Of a stretch of 64,000 nucleotides of DNA, positions 39,781 through 49,245 are shown piece after piece; the stretch's first letter is position 1; each line of letters begins with the position of its first letter. The translations under genes and the position numbers were made by a program. The DNA is from Nanobdellota archaeon (GTDB taxonomy: Archaea > Nanobdellota > Nanobdellia > Pacearchaeales > JAHJTO01), in the NCBI GenBank assembly GCA_042572295.1, contig JBHPFA010000001.1:9583-73582 (forward strand). Direction: 5' to 3'. The notes beneath the pieces were generated by a model. That model was not told the DNA's origin. It made no database searches and worked only from the letters and a program-made list of their open reading frames with translations.

Positions 39781-39909
39781 TCAACATAATTTAGCTTTCT
39801 TCATAAACTTCTTGTTACAAGGTGTACATATCTTTAAGGGTTTTAAAGTGTTTAAGTTTACTTTTGTTCGAGTGGATTTCTTTTTTCCACAATAGTTACA
39901 TATATTCAT
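39781..39909 (-). CDS. 42-aa basic CxxC..CxxC Zn-finger peptide, copy 1
   Basis: MNICNYCGKKKSTRTKVNLNTLKPLKICTPCNKKFMKKAKLC; not in ORF track; frame conserved in paralog. Confidence 0.8.
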   Translation of the reverse strand: MNICNYCGKKKSTRTKVNLNTLKPLKICTPCNKKFMKKAKLC

Positions 39910-39953
39910 TTTTTATATTTACTCAGAATAAGGCCCGAGGTACCAACACCTCT
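39910..39953 (-). promoter_or_regulatory. Conserved structured 5' leader, copy 3
   Basis: AGAGGTGTTGGTACCTCGGGCCTTATTCTGAGTAA (minus); TATA box starts 39982. Confidence 0.7.
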
Positions 39954-39995
39954 TAATCTTTTTAGTATCAGTATTATATAAAGTTTGGTATATAC

Positions 39996-40580
39996 CTACT
40001 TTTTCTTAAGTTTTCTTAGAAGTAGGGGTTTTATTTTTTCCCAGTCTTCTTTTAGCATTCCATAAAGGTTTACATCATGCCATTTCTTAGTTGCTTTAGA
40101 TCTATGGGCTTTTCTTTGATTTCCTTCATATTTATAACCCATCTTCTTTATCATAGTGTTTGATGCAATATTATTTGTAAAGGCCTCTGTGCCAAGTCTT
40201 ACAAATTTCAGTTTATTAAAAGCAAAGTCATTGATTGCAATTTTTGCTTCTGTAACATATCCTTTTTTCCAATAATCTCTTGCAATCCATGAACCAGTTG
40301 TTGCTTTTTTTGTAAAATGGTCTATTTGATGTAGACCGCTGCCACCTATTAGCTTGTTTTCTGATTTTAATATGATTACAAAACCATAATCAGAAGGCTT
40401 CTTTTTTCTAGAGCTCTTTTTTGACTTGTTTATCCACCAGAAAGCATCTTTCTTCTTGTAAGGGTTAGGGACATTTGAAAGAAACTTTGTTATTCTTTTA
40501 TCCCCAATTTCTTTAACTAGCTCTTTCCAATCGCTTGTTTTAGGAGTCCTAATAATCAACCTCTTTGTCTCTAATTTCAT
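39996..40580 (-). CDS. GNAT acetyltransferase (RimJ/RimL family)
   Basis: LETKRLIIR, LIGGSGL, YWKKGYVTEA, NIASNTMIKKMGY.YEG. Confidence 0.9.
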   Translation of the reverse strand: MKLETKRLIIRTPKTSDWKELVKEIGDKRITKFLSNVPNPYKKKDAFWWINKSKKSSRKKKPSDYGFVIILKSENKLIGGSGLHQIDHFTKKATTGSWIARDYWKKGYVTEAKIAINDFAFNKLKFVRLGTEAFTNNIASNTMIKKMGYKYEGNQRKAHRSKATKKWHDVNLYGMLKEDWEKIKPLLLRKLKKK

Positions 40581-40619
40581 CTACCCTTGAGTAATCTTTA
40601 GAATTTAAATGTTTTCTTC

Positions 40620-40748
40620 TCAACACAATTTGGATTTTTTCATAAGCTTCTTATTACAAGGCGTACATATCTTTGAGGGTTTTAAGGTATGTAAGTTTAC
40701 CTTTGTTCTGGTAGGTTTCTTTTTTCCACAATAGTCGCATATATTCAT
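40620..40748 (-). CDS. 42-aa basic CxxC..CxxC Zn-finger peptide, copy 2
   Basis: MNICDYCGKKKPTRTKVNLHTLKPSKICTPCNKKLMKKSKLC. Confidence 0.8.
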   Translation of the reverse strand: MNICDYCGKKKPTRTKVNLHTLKPSKICTPCNKKLMKKSKLC

Positions 40749-40792
40749 TTTTCATATTTACTCAGAATAAGGCCTGAGTTACCAACTCCTCT
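40749..40792 (-). promoter_or_regulatory. Conserved structured 5' leader, copy 4
   Basis: AGAGGAGTTGGTAACTCAGGCCTTATTCTGAGTAA (minus); TATA box starts 40821. Confidence 0.7.
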
Positions 40793-40834
40793 TAATCTTT
40801 AAGGTATCTGTTTTATATAAAGCTGAGTATATAC

Positions 40835-41461
40835 TTACTTTTCTTTGTAAAAATCAGAATAAGGTTTTCTAACAACCCATAACTTTGGATTATGAGGTTT
40901 ATTCATTGATTGAAGTATTGTTTGAGTTCTTTGTTTAGTATCTCCCTTAAGAACTGTAGCTTTTACGTTTGAATATTCTCGTTGAAGCTTATCCCATCTT
41001 TTTATTTCGTTGCTTAACCAATCTTGTTGGAAGAGCACATGTATTCTTGTTAGTTTTGCATTTTTGCTTTGGTCTTTTCTTCTTACCCTTTGATTAGTTA
41101 TACGGTTTGAGTTCCTTTTATTAAAGAAAACTTCAATTTCATATTCGGAGTTAGTTATTCCTGGAATATATTTTTTAAGATTAGCTGATCCAGAAAAAAC
41201 AGTATATTTTACTCTCCTATTCTCAAGTTTCTCAATTTCATACATAAGGTCCTTTTTCTCTCCTAAAAAAGCATCTAAACCTCCATATTTGATGGGTTTG
41301 TTGTCTTTAGAGGCAGTTCTTCCGATAAATCCCACTTCCCTATCTTCTGAAAGGACATAATCATAAGGGGTGGAGATTGGAGCTTTTAATTGTTTTCGGA
41401 TATTTGCTTCTAGGGTAGTTTTTCCTGATCCCCAGGTACCAGTTATGTATATTATTTTCAT
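40835..41461 (-). CDS. P-loop nucleotide-kinase-like protein
   Basis: IIYITGTWGSGKTT Walker A. Confidence 0.7.
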   Translation of the reverse strand: MKIIYITGTWGSGKTTLEANIRKQLKAPISTPYDYVLSEDREVGFIGRTASKDNKPIKYGGLDAFLGEKKDLMYEIEKLENRRVKYTVFSGSANLKKYIPGITNSEYEIEVFFNKRNSNRITNQRVRRKDQSKNAKLTRIHVLFQQDWLSNEIKRWDKLQREYSNVKATVLKGDTKQRTQTILQSMNKPHNPKLWVVRKPYSDFYKEK

Positions 41462-41525
41462 TTTTGATTAAGGTTCTCACTAGAACTTTAGTGATTTAAT
41501 CTTGTTATAGAAAAAAATACTAACT

Positions 41526-41729
41526 TTATTTGCTTTCTAATTTTTCAACTTTCTCAGCTTTAGGGCCTTTATCGCCTTCTACTGCTTCGAATGCAACTCT
41601 ATCACCTTCATCGATTGATACGCCTTCTTTAAGTCCACTTTCGTGTACGAAATAAGACTTTCCGTCGTCTCCATCGATAAAGCCATAGCGGCTTGCTCTG
41701 TTGAAAAATTTTACTTTTCCTTCGACCAT
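41526..41729 (-). CDS. csp: Cold-shock domain protein
   Basis: GKVKFFN...YGFI...YFVHES...GDKGPKAEKV. Confidence 0.93.
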   Translation of the reverse strand: MVEGKVKFFNRASRYGFIDGDDGKSYFVHESGLKEGVSIDEGDRVAFEAVEGDKGPKAEKVEKLESK

Positions 41730-41808
41730 ATCTAAAGTATAGAAATGGGTCTTTTAAATGCTTGTATTAGGTTTTTATATGCAAAAAACTAAGAGAAGAG
41801 TGTATAAA

Positions 41809-42636
41809 ATGGGTAATTTAAGATTTAAGAATAAATGCTTTCTTGCACCTATGGCCGAGATAAATGATATTGCTTTTCGTTTATTGTGTAAAAAAGCTGG
41901 TGCTGGTTTGGTTTATACTGGGATGGTTAATCCTTTGACTAAGCAAACATTGGTGTTAGATGACAAGCCTGTCATTCAACTGTTTTCTATGGATGGAAGA
42001 GGAATTAAGGAGTTTATCAAGAAATATGAAGGGAAGGCTCAGTTATTTGACTTTAATCTAGGATGTCCTGCAAGAGTTGCTGAAAGGAGTGGTATTGGAT
42101 CTTATCTTACAAGGGATTTGAAGACTATTGAGAAGATCTTAAAGGAAATGCGTAAAGCAACTAAGAAACCTATTACAATCAAATTAAGAAAAGGGCCCAA
42201 TACTCTAAAAATAGTCAAGATTGCTGAGAAGTATTGTGATGGGATTTGTATTCATCCAAGAACTAAAGAACAAGGTTATTCTGGGAAGGCAGATGTTGAA
42301 TATGCTGAGAGATTAAAGAAAGGGACTAAGCTTTCAGTCATTTATTCAGGAGATGTTGATGAAAATAATGTTAAGGGTTTGTTGAAGAAGTTTGATTTTG
42401 TGATGGTAGGGAGGAAAGCTATTGGAAATCCTAATATATTTGCTAAGATTGCTGGAAAGAAAGCTGTTTTTGGGTTTAATGATTACCTTAAACTTGCTTT
42501 GAAGTATAAATTTAAATTTTCACATATAAAATCACAAGCAATGTACTTTACTAAAAATCAAAAGAATGCTAAAGAGCTAAGAGGAAAATTGGTCAAGGCT
42601 CAAAAGATTAGTGATATTAGAAAAATAATGGCTTAA
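41809..42636 (+). CDS. dus: tRNA-dihydrouridine synthase family protein
   Basis: LAPMA, DFNLGCP, ITIKLRKG, IHPRT..QGYSGKAD, MVGRKAIGNPNIF. Confidence 0.9.
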   Translation: MGNLRFKNKCFLAPMAEINDIAFRLLCKKAGAGLVYTGMVNPLTKQTLVLDDKPVIQLFSMDGRGIKEFIKKYEGKAQLFDFNLGCPARVAERSGIGSYLTRDLKTIEKILKEMRKATKKPITIKLRKGPNTLKIVKIAEKYCDGICIHPRTKEQGYSGKADVEYAERLKKGTKLSVIYSGDVDENNVKGLLKKFDFVMVGRKAIGNPNIFAKIAGKKAVFGFNDYLKLALKYKFKFSHIKSQAMYFTKNQKNAKELRGKLVKAQKISDIRKIMA

Positions 42637-43079
42637 ATCCATCTTCTTACTTTTTTCTTGTAAGTTTTATACTTCTTTCCAAATCTCTTTTCTAAGTTCT
42701 TTTCTTCAACAGGAACTGTGAAAAGATCTGTAGCTATTATGAAAATTATAGGAGCAATGAATGTGACTAAGCTTCCTAAAAGTACTGCTTCTCCTAATAA
42801 GACTAAAAACATCCCAAAATATGTTGGATTTCTGCTTAATCTAAATAATCCAGAAGTTATCAGGATTCTTGGGATTTTATGAGCTTCTGTTGTAGTCCTG
42901 TGTTTCTTGAACGTAAAGAAACGCCAAAAACTAGGATATATTCCTATGACTATAAGCAATAATCCCCAATAAGTATAGGGTTGATTGATTACTGTTGAAA
43001 TAGGAAAGAAAAAATGTAGGATAATGTTTAGGATGATTAAAACCATAAAATAATTTGGAGGTACTATTTTTTGTTTCAT
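42633..43079 (-). CDS. ICMT/PEMT-family membrane methyltransferase
   Basis: LITSGLFRLSRNPTYFG...EEKNLEKRFG..Y..YKKKVRRWI. Confidence 0.88.
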   Translation of the reverse strand: MKQKIVPPNYFMVLIILNIILHFFFPISTVINQPYTYWGLLLIVIGIYPSFWRFFTFKKHRTTTEAHKIPRILITSGLFRLSRNPTYFGMFLVLLGEAVLLGSLVTFIAPIIFIIATDLFTVPVEEKNLEKRFGKKYKTYKKKVRRWI

Positions 43080-43080
43080 T

Positions 43081-43218
43081 TTAATGTTTGTGTGAGCAGC
43101 ATTCTTCTTCTACTTCTTTAATTCCATTCTTTATTAATTCCTGTATGATTTCATATCCGAAATCACCTTTTTTGAGCTTTGGAATTTTCTCTTTTTTATT
43201 TTTAGCTTTCTTTTTCAT
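43081..43218 (-). CDS. Possible 45-aa peptide
   Basis: MKKKAKNKKEKIPKLKKGDFGYEIIQELIKNGIKEVEEECCSHKH; fills operon gap. Confidence 0.45.
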   Translation of the reverse strand: MKKKAKNKKEKIPKLKKGDFGYEIIQELIKNGIKEVEEECCSHKH

Positions 43219-43717
43219 CCTTGAATGCTATTAGGAATTCTAAGTCTCTTGCCTTTATGAACTTTGGGGTGTACTCTTCTGGAGAGTCATTTTTGAATAA
43301 TCTGATTGCTTCATTAATAGAGGCCCATATTACATTAGCTCCTGCCTCTTTTTCTTCTTTTGTAAAGGAAGGTTCCCCTTTTGGACCTTTTAGCTTTGCG
43401 AAAAAGCAATAAGAGACTTGTTTTTGGCTGTATTTGTTTTTATATTCAATTATTTTTCCAAGTTCATGAGTTATTTCTATATCACTTCCAAGTTCTTCTT
43501 TTACTTCTCTTACTAATGTTGTTTTGAGATCTTCTTTTTCTTCTAATCCCCCTCCAGGAAGTTTATGACACTTCCATTGTGGCATTGAGAGCAAGGCTAT
43601 TTGTTTATTTTCATCAAAAATTATTGCTCTTGCAGCAGTTCTTAAAGAATATTCTTTTGAAGGTTCTATTTCTTCACCTAGAACTTCTTTATCTGTAAGT
43701 TCTTTTATGAGTTTCAT
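43202..43717 (-). CDS. NUDIX hydrolase
   Basis: LPGGGLEEKEDLKTTLVREVKEELG. Confidence 0.92.
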   Translation of the reverse strand: MKLIKELTDKEVLGEEIEPSKEYSLRTAARAIIFDENKQIALLSMPQWKCHKLPGGGLEEKEDLKTTLVREVKEELGSDIEITHELGKIIEYKNKYSQKQVSYCFFAKLKGPKGEPSFTKEEKEAGANVIWASINEAIRLFKNDSPEEYTPKFIKARDLEFLIAFKDEKES

Positions 43718-44508
43718 TTTCTAAGTATATGTACCCAGTATCTTTCACTTAAAATGTATTTGTTACCTTTTCTTCGCTTTTCTAAGTAATTGATCATTCT
43801 TGCTTTTTGGTCTTTAGTGAACTCATCATACCATTTCTTTAAGGCAAACTTAAGATAATAGTTTGTTGCCATGGACTTCTTTGATAAGTGGTCCTTTTCT
43901 AAGTCTTTGAAGTCTTGTAAATAAAATTTTGAATCCATTATGTAGGATTCTCTTTTTTTGAAGTTTCTTTTCACCATTGCAGAAGTTCTATCACTAGGCA
44001 TTGGTTTGTTTAAGAATTCATGCCTAAATTTAGCTATGAAATGATCCTTTGCATCTTTTCCATAATTATGTATTAATACTAATCTTCCATCTTTGTTTAA
44101 GAGACTAAGCATATCTTTGATAGCTTTTCTTCTATCTTTGAAGAAGTATATTGTTTGAATGTTTGTGATTAAGTCATATTTTTGGTTATTTTTCTTTGCT
44201 TTTCTGTAGAAGTTTTGCCATTGGTCATGGACTAAGTTGGTGTTTCTTAGTCTATCTTTCTTGACTTTCTTTTCAAGAATCTCAAACATCCTATCTCCTG
44301 GCTCTAATCCAGTGGCTTGTTTGAAATGTTTTGCTAATCCGAAGAAAATATCTCCTGCACCGGCTCCCACATCCAGATAAGTGTTGCTATGTTTGAGCTT
44401 TTTGATTACTTTCTTTATCTCTTTGACTTGCAGCACTTTTTCATCACTTACTTTAGCTAAGTAAGCAAATGCTTTTGTTTGGTTATAGTTTACCCCTACT
44501 GATACCAT
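43714..44508 (-). CDS. Class I SAM-dependent methyltransferase
   Basis: YLDVGAGAG, GLEP, YDLI. Confidence 0.85.
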   Translation of the reverse strand: MVSVGVNYNQTKAFAYLAKVSDEKVLQVKEIKKVIKKLKHSNTYLDVGAGAGDIFFGLAKHFKQATGLEPGDRMFEILEKKVKKDRLRNTNLVHDQWQNFYRKAKKNNQKYDLITNIQTIYFFKDRRKAIKDMLSLLNKDGRLVLIHNYGKDAKDHFIAKFRHEFLNKPMPSDRTSAMVKRNFKKRESYIMDSKFYLQDFKDLEKDHLSKKSMATNYYLKFALKKWYDEFTKDQKARMINYLEKRRKGNKYILSERYWVHILRK

Positions 44509-44540
44509 TTTCCCTTAGAATTATGTGGGTTTCAAAGTCT

Positions 44541-45239
44541 TTAAATTTTTCCATTAAGATATGCTTTTCTTTTTGTCTCTGGAAGTCTTTCTATAGAATA
44601 TCTAAGCATTGTTCTTGGCATGTTTTTGTAGTGTTTTTTTAGGAAGGTTTCTAGAGTTTTTTGATCTTTTTTTCCTATTTCTCTTAACATCCAGCCAACT
44701 GCCTTGTGTATTAAATCATGATTGTCTTTTAGATGCATTTCGAATATCTTTAATGCATCTTTGAATTGGCCGTTTCTTATTGAATAGAAAGTTCCAAGTA
44801 TTGATATTCTTCTTTCCCAGAGATTTTTTGATTTTGCTAGTTTGTAGAGGATATCTTTTTTCTTGTCAAATAGATATTTGCTTACTATGTAAGGGGCAGA
44901 CAGATCTACTAAATCCCAATTGTTAACATTTTTTGCATTCTTTAAGTAAAAGTTGAAGATTTTCTCTTTTTCTATGTTTCTTTCAAATTGGTTTACTAAA
45001 ATAAGTAAGGCAACGAGTCTGTGTTCGTGGATTTTGCTTTGAAGAAGTTGTTTTATTTCTTTTAGAGGCAGGTCTTTATATTTTATAGCTACTGTTCTCT
45101 GTACAGGGACTTTTATTCCTAAGAAAACATCTCCTTCTCCATATTGTCCTTTTCCTGTTTTGAAAAAACCTTGAAGGATTTTGGCTTGTTTTTTATTTTC
45201 AAGCTTTTTTAGATCTTTTTTTATGTTTTGAGCAGACAT
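44541..45239 (-). CDS. DNA alkylation repair protein (AlkD-like)
   Basis: FFKTGKGQYGEGD, NNWDLVD, KAVGWMLRE, MPRTMLRY. Confidence 0.9.
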   Translation of the reverse strand: MSAQNIKKDLKKLENKKQAKILQGFFKTGKGQYGEGDVFLGIKVPVQRTVAIKYKDLPLKEIKQLLQSKIHEHRLVALLILVNQFERNIEKEKIFNFYLKNAKNVNNWDLVDLSAPYIVSKYLFDKKKDILYKLAKSKNLWERRISILGTFYSIRNGQFKDALKIFEMHLKDNHDLIHKAVGWMLREIGKKDQKTLETFLKKHYKNMPRTMLRYSIERLPETKRKAYLNGKI

Positions 45240-45240
45240 T

Positions 45241-45468
45241 TTAGTAAAACGAATAAATTCCTGAGATGATTCCTGAAATTATCGCAAGATATCCAAGAAA
45301 TTTAATTGGTTCAGTTGATTGGTTTTTGCTTTGTTTAAGCTTGTTAAAAGTAATAACTTTTCCAAACCATATTCCAAATTTAATGGCACTTTTTGGTTTA
45401 GAGACTAAAAGAATTCCTACTATCACTAAGTAAATTCCTCTTATCATGTGTATCAGTTCAATAGCCAT
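45241..45468 (-). CDS. Small membrane protein
   Basis: Two hydrophobic segments. Confidence 0.55.
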   Translation of the reverse strand: MAIELIHMIRGIYLVIVGILLVSKPKSAIKFGIWFGKVITFNKLKQSKNQSTEPIKFLGYLAIISGIISGIYSFY

Positions 45469-45470
45469 CT

Positions 45471-45644
45471 TTATTTTCCTTTAGTCATATTCATGCCAAT
45501 AACAACAAACACCAATCCGATTATGAATAAAGGAGTCATTTCCTTGCCCCAATTTAATAAATAATTGAGAGCATTCGCAAGAATCATTACAAATCCTATT
45601 CCTGCCATGATTTGACCTCTTATTTTATTTGGTTTTTTCTTCAT
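45471..45644 (-). CDS. Small 2-TM membrane protein (57 aa)
   Basis: Not in ORF track; ATGA overlap with YbjQ-like gene stop. Confidence 0.55.
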   Translation of the reverse strand: MKKKPNKIRGQIMAGIGFVMILANALNYLLNWGKEMTPLFIIGLVFVVIGMNMTKGK

Positions 45645-45961
45645 TTTAACTTTACAGCTGTTCCGTAAGCTAACATCTCTGCCGCGCCTTGCATTATCAT
45701 AGAAGTCGCAAATCTTACATTTACTATTGCATCGGCTTTAAGAGCTATGGCCTCATTTACCATTCTATTAAATGCTTCCTCTCTTGCTTGAGTTGTCATT
45801 TGTGTATAACTCTTAATTTCTCCACCGATAATTGATTTGAATATTGCTCCAATATCTCTTCCAATATTTTTTGCTCTAATAGTGTTGCCCTTTACAACAC
45901 CTAGGACTTTAGAAATCTTTTTTCCAGGTATTTCAGCTGTTGTGGTTGTTAATATTTCCAT
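45641..45961 (-). CDS. YbjQ/UPF0145 family protein
   Basis: GNTIRAKNIGRD...IGGEIKSYT...ADAIVNVR...AYGTAV. Confidence 0.92.
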   Translation of the reverse strand: MEILTTTTAEIPGKKISKVLGVVKGNTIRAKNIGRDIGAIFKSIIGGEIKSYTQMTTQAREEAFNRMVNEAIALKADAIVNVRFATSMIMQGAAEMLAYGTAVKLK

Positions 45962-45965
45962 TTTA

Positions 45966-46172
45966 TTATTTAGTTCTTCTTTCTTTTAAGTCTTTCCTTC
46001 TTTCAATCTTATCTTCTTCCTTATATAATATTATTAATCCCATACCTGTTCCTATGAATACTAATGGCCAAATTAAGGCTATCAAAGGTGCATTATCTGA
46101 GATTAATGCAATAAGTAACCATAATCCTAAAAAAATAATTATTATTCCTGAGCCAATTGCTATTTTCCCCAT
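45966..46172 (-). CDS. Small 2-TM membrane protein
   Basis: Hydrophobic, ends EDKIERRKD. Confidence 0.6.
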   Translation of the reverse strand: MGKIAIGSGIIIIFLGLWLLIALISDNAPLIALIWPLVFIGTGMGLIILYKEEDKIERRKDLKERRTK

Positions 46173-46272
46173 TAAATATAATAGAAAGCGTTAGATTTAA
46201 ACCTTTTCAATAGAGCTTACGCTTAATGTTAAAAAAATAAAAGAAAAAGAAAAAAATAAATTAAAAAAGGTT

Positions 46273-47046
46273 TTATTTGTGTCTTCCTAAAGATTTCAAA
46301 ACTACTAATACTAACCCAATTGCTAATACTATGTTAGATAATCCTAACCAAGTAGCTTCTGAACCTAGAATTGCTTTTCCTGTCAAACTCTTTGCAGCAG
46401 TAGTTACTTCTCCACCTCTGTTTGAGGTTTCTCTAGCAACACATTTTACAAATTCTCCGTGGTTTTTCCAACTATCAGATGAATCACAAACTGCAATTTC
46501 ATCACAATCATTGTCAAAGGCATCTCCAACAATTTCTTCTGCGAAAGGATTTATTTCAGCATTTGTGTCATCACAGTCTTCACCACCACAAGCAGCATCT
46601 AGGAATCCGTCTCCATCAGCATCTTCGCAAGCAGGAGGTTCTACACAAAGATTATTACCGGCACTTCGACAACTATTACCAGCCCAAAAACAATTGTAGT
46701 AAAGTTGGAATGGAGATCCACTATTACTTCCTCCACCATCTTGGAAAATAGTATTTGTACAAGTTTCTTGATCTAACCTCATACAACTACCTTGAGATTT
46801 AGTCATATCACAAGTCTCGTAAACTTTACATCTTGCACCACCAACACAAGCATTTTGTCCATTGTCCCACCTACAAGCATTACTTTCAGATACATACTTG
46901 AAAGCACAACTTTCTTTGTCAGTATATTGGCCACAGTCAGCAGTTATCTCCTTACAAGGAGATGTAGCTCCATAAGCAGCAACGCCTACAGTTAACATAG
47001 AAGCTATTAGTAATGTAAATACACTCATTAAAAATATTCTCTTCAT
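46273..47046 (-). CDS. Secreted Cys-rich surface protein with MopE-like metal-binding motif and C-terminal anchor
   Basis: Signal peptide, Cys-rich repeats, DADGDGF...DCDD.NAEINPFAEEI..DNDCD, C-terminal TM; GGAGG SD. Confidence 0.8.
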   Translation of the reverse strand: MKRIFLMSVFTLLIASMLTVGVAAYGATSPCKEITADCGQYTDKESCAFKYVSESNACRWDNGQNACVGGARCKVYETCDMTKSQGSCMRLDQETCTNTIFQDGGGSNSGSPFQLYYNCFWAGNSCRSAGNNLCVEPPACEDADGDGFLDAACGGEDCDDTNAEINPFAEEIVGDAFDNDCDEIAVCDSSDSWKNHGEFVKCVARETSNRGGEVTTAAKSLTGKAILGSEATWLGLSNIVLAIGLVLVVLKSLGRHK

Positions 47047-47143
47047 TTATCATAACCTCCTTTCATCTCTTTTTTAATTAATATTTAGAATATTAATGAG
47101 AAGTTAAAGAAAAAGGCCTTTAAATAGTTTTTTTAAATAATTC

Positions 47144-47761
47144 CTATTTCTTTATCTTTGATTCTTTATAATGTCCTAGGAATAAGAATATCCATCCTAG
47201 GGCAAGGAAGAGTATTTCATCAGTAGGGTTTGGAACAACTCCTTCTAATGCTTTAAGGAAAGGCATACTACCTAATCCACAAAGAAACCACATAGCGATT
47301 CCTAAGAAAGTATATCCTACTAGTTTAAGATCTGCTGGTAGTTTTTCTTTGCTTTTTAGTGTTGAACGTTTCTTCATCCATAACCAAACAATTCCAAAGA
47401 AAGATAATAGTATTAATGTTCCAGCGATTCCAAATAAAGGGGGAGAATATAATCCCATTTGAGGTAGCATATTTATTATTAGGGCTAGTAAGGTTACTCC
47501 TATTCCAAATAACCAAATTTTCGAGGGCTTTACTTTAGCATACATCATTGCACCGACTCCTGCTATTATCATTCCAATAGGTGTTCCTAAAGCCCATAAG
47601 AAAAACCAGAATCCTGGGGACTTCCACATAGTTTGATTAACTTCGTCCATTGTAGAATCTCTGAATGTTTGGTCAACATCCCAGCTAGCACCAGCACCCA
47701 TGATCACTGATAATAGAACACCTAATATGAATATAGTTAATCCTAGTTTCTGTCTATTCAT
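47144..47761 (-). CDS. Multi-pass membrane protein
   Basis: ~6 hydrophobic segments. Confidence 0.75.
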   Translation of the reverse strand: MNRQKLGLTIFILGVLLSVIMGAGASWDVDQTFRDSTMDEVNQTMWKSPGFWFFLWALGTPIGMIIAGVGAMMYAKVKPSKIWLFGIGVTLLALIINMLPQMGLYSPPLFGIAGTLILLSFFGIVWLWMKKRSTLKSKEKLPADLKLVGYTFLGIAMWFLCGLGSMPFLKALEGVVPNPTDEILFLALGWIFLFLGHYKESKIKK

Positions 47762-47785
47762 ACTTTTTACAGTATTTCAAAGGAT

Positions 47786-48166
47786 TTAAAGCTTTTTCTT
47801 GAAAGATTTGTAGGATTTGGTCTTAAGCAAGTTCTTTTTTATTTGTGTTTTGTTCTTTTTCACAAGTTTCCTGAATTTTATGTATTCTTTATCTTTTATT
47901 GTCTTCTTTCTAGATGTTTTTTCCAGATTCATACTGATTACATACTTTCTTATTTCCTTTAAGGTGTATTTCTTCAATTCAGGAACACTTTGGTAGGCTT
48001 TTAACACATCTTCTTGTATTTCTAAGGTTTCTAAGTTCATTACTTCAAGAAGTAAGGGTGTGTTTTCTTTTATTTTCAGTTTTCTAGCTTTTGTAAAAGG
48101 AATCCTTATACAAAGTGAATTTCCTTGCTTTACAGCTTTTCCAACAAATCTTATTGGTTTTACCAT
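47786..48166 (-). CDS. AbrB/MazE-like DNA-binding protein
   Basis: KQGNSLCIRIP...LKIKEN. Confidence 0.7.
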   Translation of the reverse strand: MVKPIRFVGKAVKQGNSLCIRIPFTKARKLKIKENTPLLLEVMNLETLEIQEDVLKAYQSVPELKKYTLKEIRKYVISMNLEKTSRKKTIKDKEYIKFRKLVKKNKTQIKKNLLKTKSYKSFKKKL

Positions 48167-48209
48167 GATATATTATACATGTAATTACAATATAAATAAC
48201 TTTAGAGAA

Positions 48210-48845
48210 TTATAGATAAGCGATGTTTTGTCCAATCTTTACTTTATCTTCTTTTTTTACTGAGATTTTGAGATCTTTTGGAAAACATAAAAGCATGCTT
48301 GAACCTAGGCTGAAATAACCACAAGGAGTTCCTCTTTCATAATGTTCTTTTTCTTTGTAATCTGTGTGTATTTTGTTAACAAGCAGAGATCCGACAGCAA
48401 TCATGGCTATTGGGAAGTCTTTTGTTTGAAATATTGAACCAATAGAAGCATTTCTTTTTACTGCTTTACTCATCATCTCTATTCCTAATAAGTTTTCAAG
48501 TCCTATTAATAATGGAAGAGCTTTCCCCTTATTTTTTTGAGTGTAAACAAATCTTCCTTCACTTGGAGTCACCCAGTAATGTTTATTTTTTGGGTTAAGA
48601 TAAAAGTTTATGTATTGTCCGCCTGAGAATAATTTGCTTGCAGTCTCTCCTATTAAGTTTTTTAAGAATACTTTTTTATTGTTTTTAGATATTAGAATTC
48701 CTTTATCATCAATTTTTCCTACATAAGCTACTTTTGCTTCAACAGGACTTATGGCTGCAGAGATATGGTGTATTGTGTCTTTCCCATATTTATGAAATCT
48801 TTTGTTAAATCCGGAAAGGTCTGCTATTGTTTTAATTATCCCCAT
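48210..48845 (-). CDS. psd: Phosphatidylserine decarboxylase family protein
   Basis: ISPVEAKV, FYLNP..KH, AVGS, GYFSLGSS self-cleavage motif, VKIGQ. Confidence 0.75.
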   Translation of the reverse strand: MGIIKTIADLSGFNKRFHKYGKDTIHHISAAISPVEAKVAYVGKIDDKGILISKNNKKVFLKNLIGETASKLFSGGQYINFYLNPKNKHYWVTPSEGRFVYTQKNKGKALPLLIGLENLLGIEMMSKAVKRNASIGSIFQTKDFPIAMIAVGSLLVNKIHTDYKEKEHYERGTPCGYFSLGSSMLLCFPKDLKISVKKEDKVKIGQNIAYL

Positions 48846-48870
48846 TCCTTTAAAGAAAAGACAAGGAGTT

Positions 48871-49245
48871 TTAAAGCTTTTGAAGAGCACTATCCAATGA
48901 TTTATGTATGTTATCTAACAATTTGTGGTTTCTTTTTAATTCTTTATCTAATTCTGCATCTATGCTTGCTCTTATGACTTTTAACTTTTCAAAATGCTCC
49001 TGATACTTTGAAAAATCCTCTTCTTTTCCAAACATTCTCCATCTTTTGAGATAAAATCCACCTAGAGTGGTGTTTATTGCATATCTTGTTGGCCTTTTTA
49101 CAAGATTGCCTTGTCCGACTCTTTTTTCAATTTTAGCTAGATAAGTTATCTTTTCAGAGACGTACATACCAAATATGTGTTTATCCACTATCTTTTCACT
49201 TTTTCCATAAGGATCATTGTTTATCTTTGGAAGTTTTATTTTCAC
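48871..49245 (-). CDS. Hypothetical protein
   Basis: 124 aa, GTG start overlapping upstream stop. Confidence 0.55.
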   Translation of the reverse strand: MKIKLPKINNDPYGKSEKIVDKHIFGMYVSEKITYLAKIEKRVGQGNLVKRPTRYAINTTLGGFYLKRWRMFGKEEDFSKYQEHFEKLKVIRASIDAELDKELKRNHKLLDNIHKSLDSALQKL

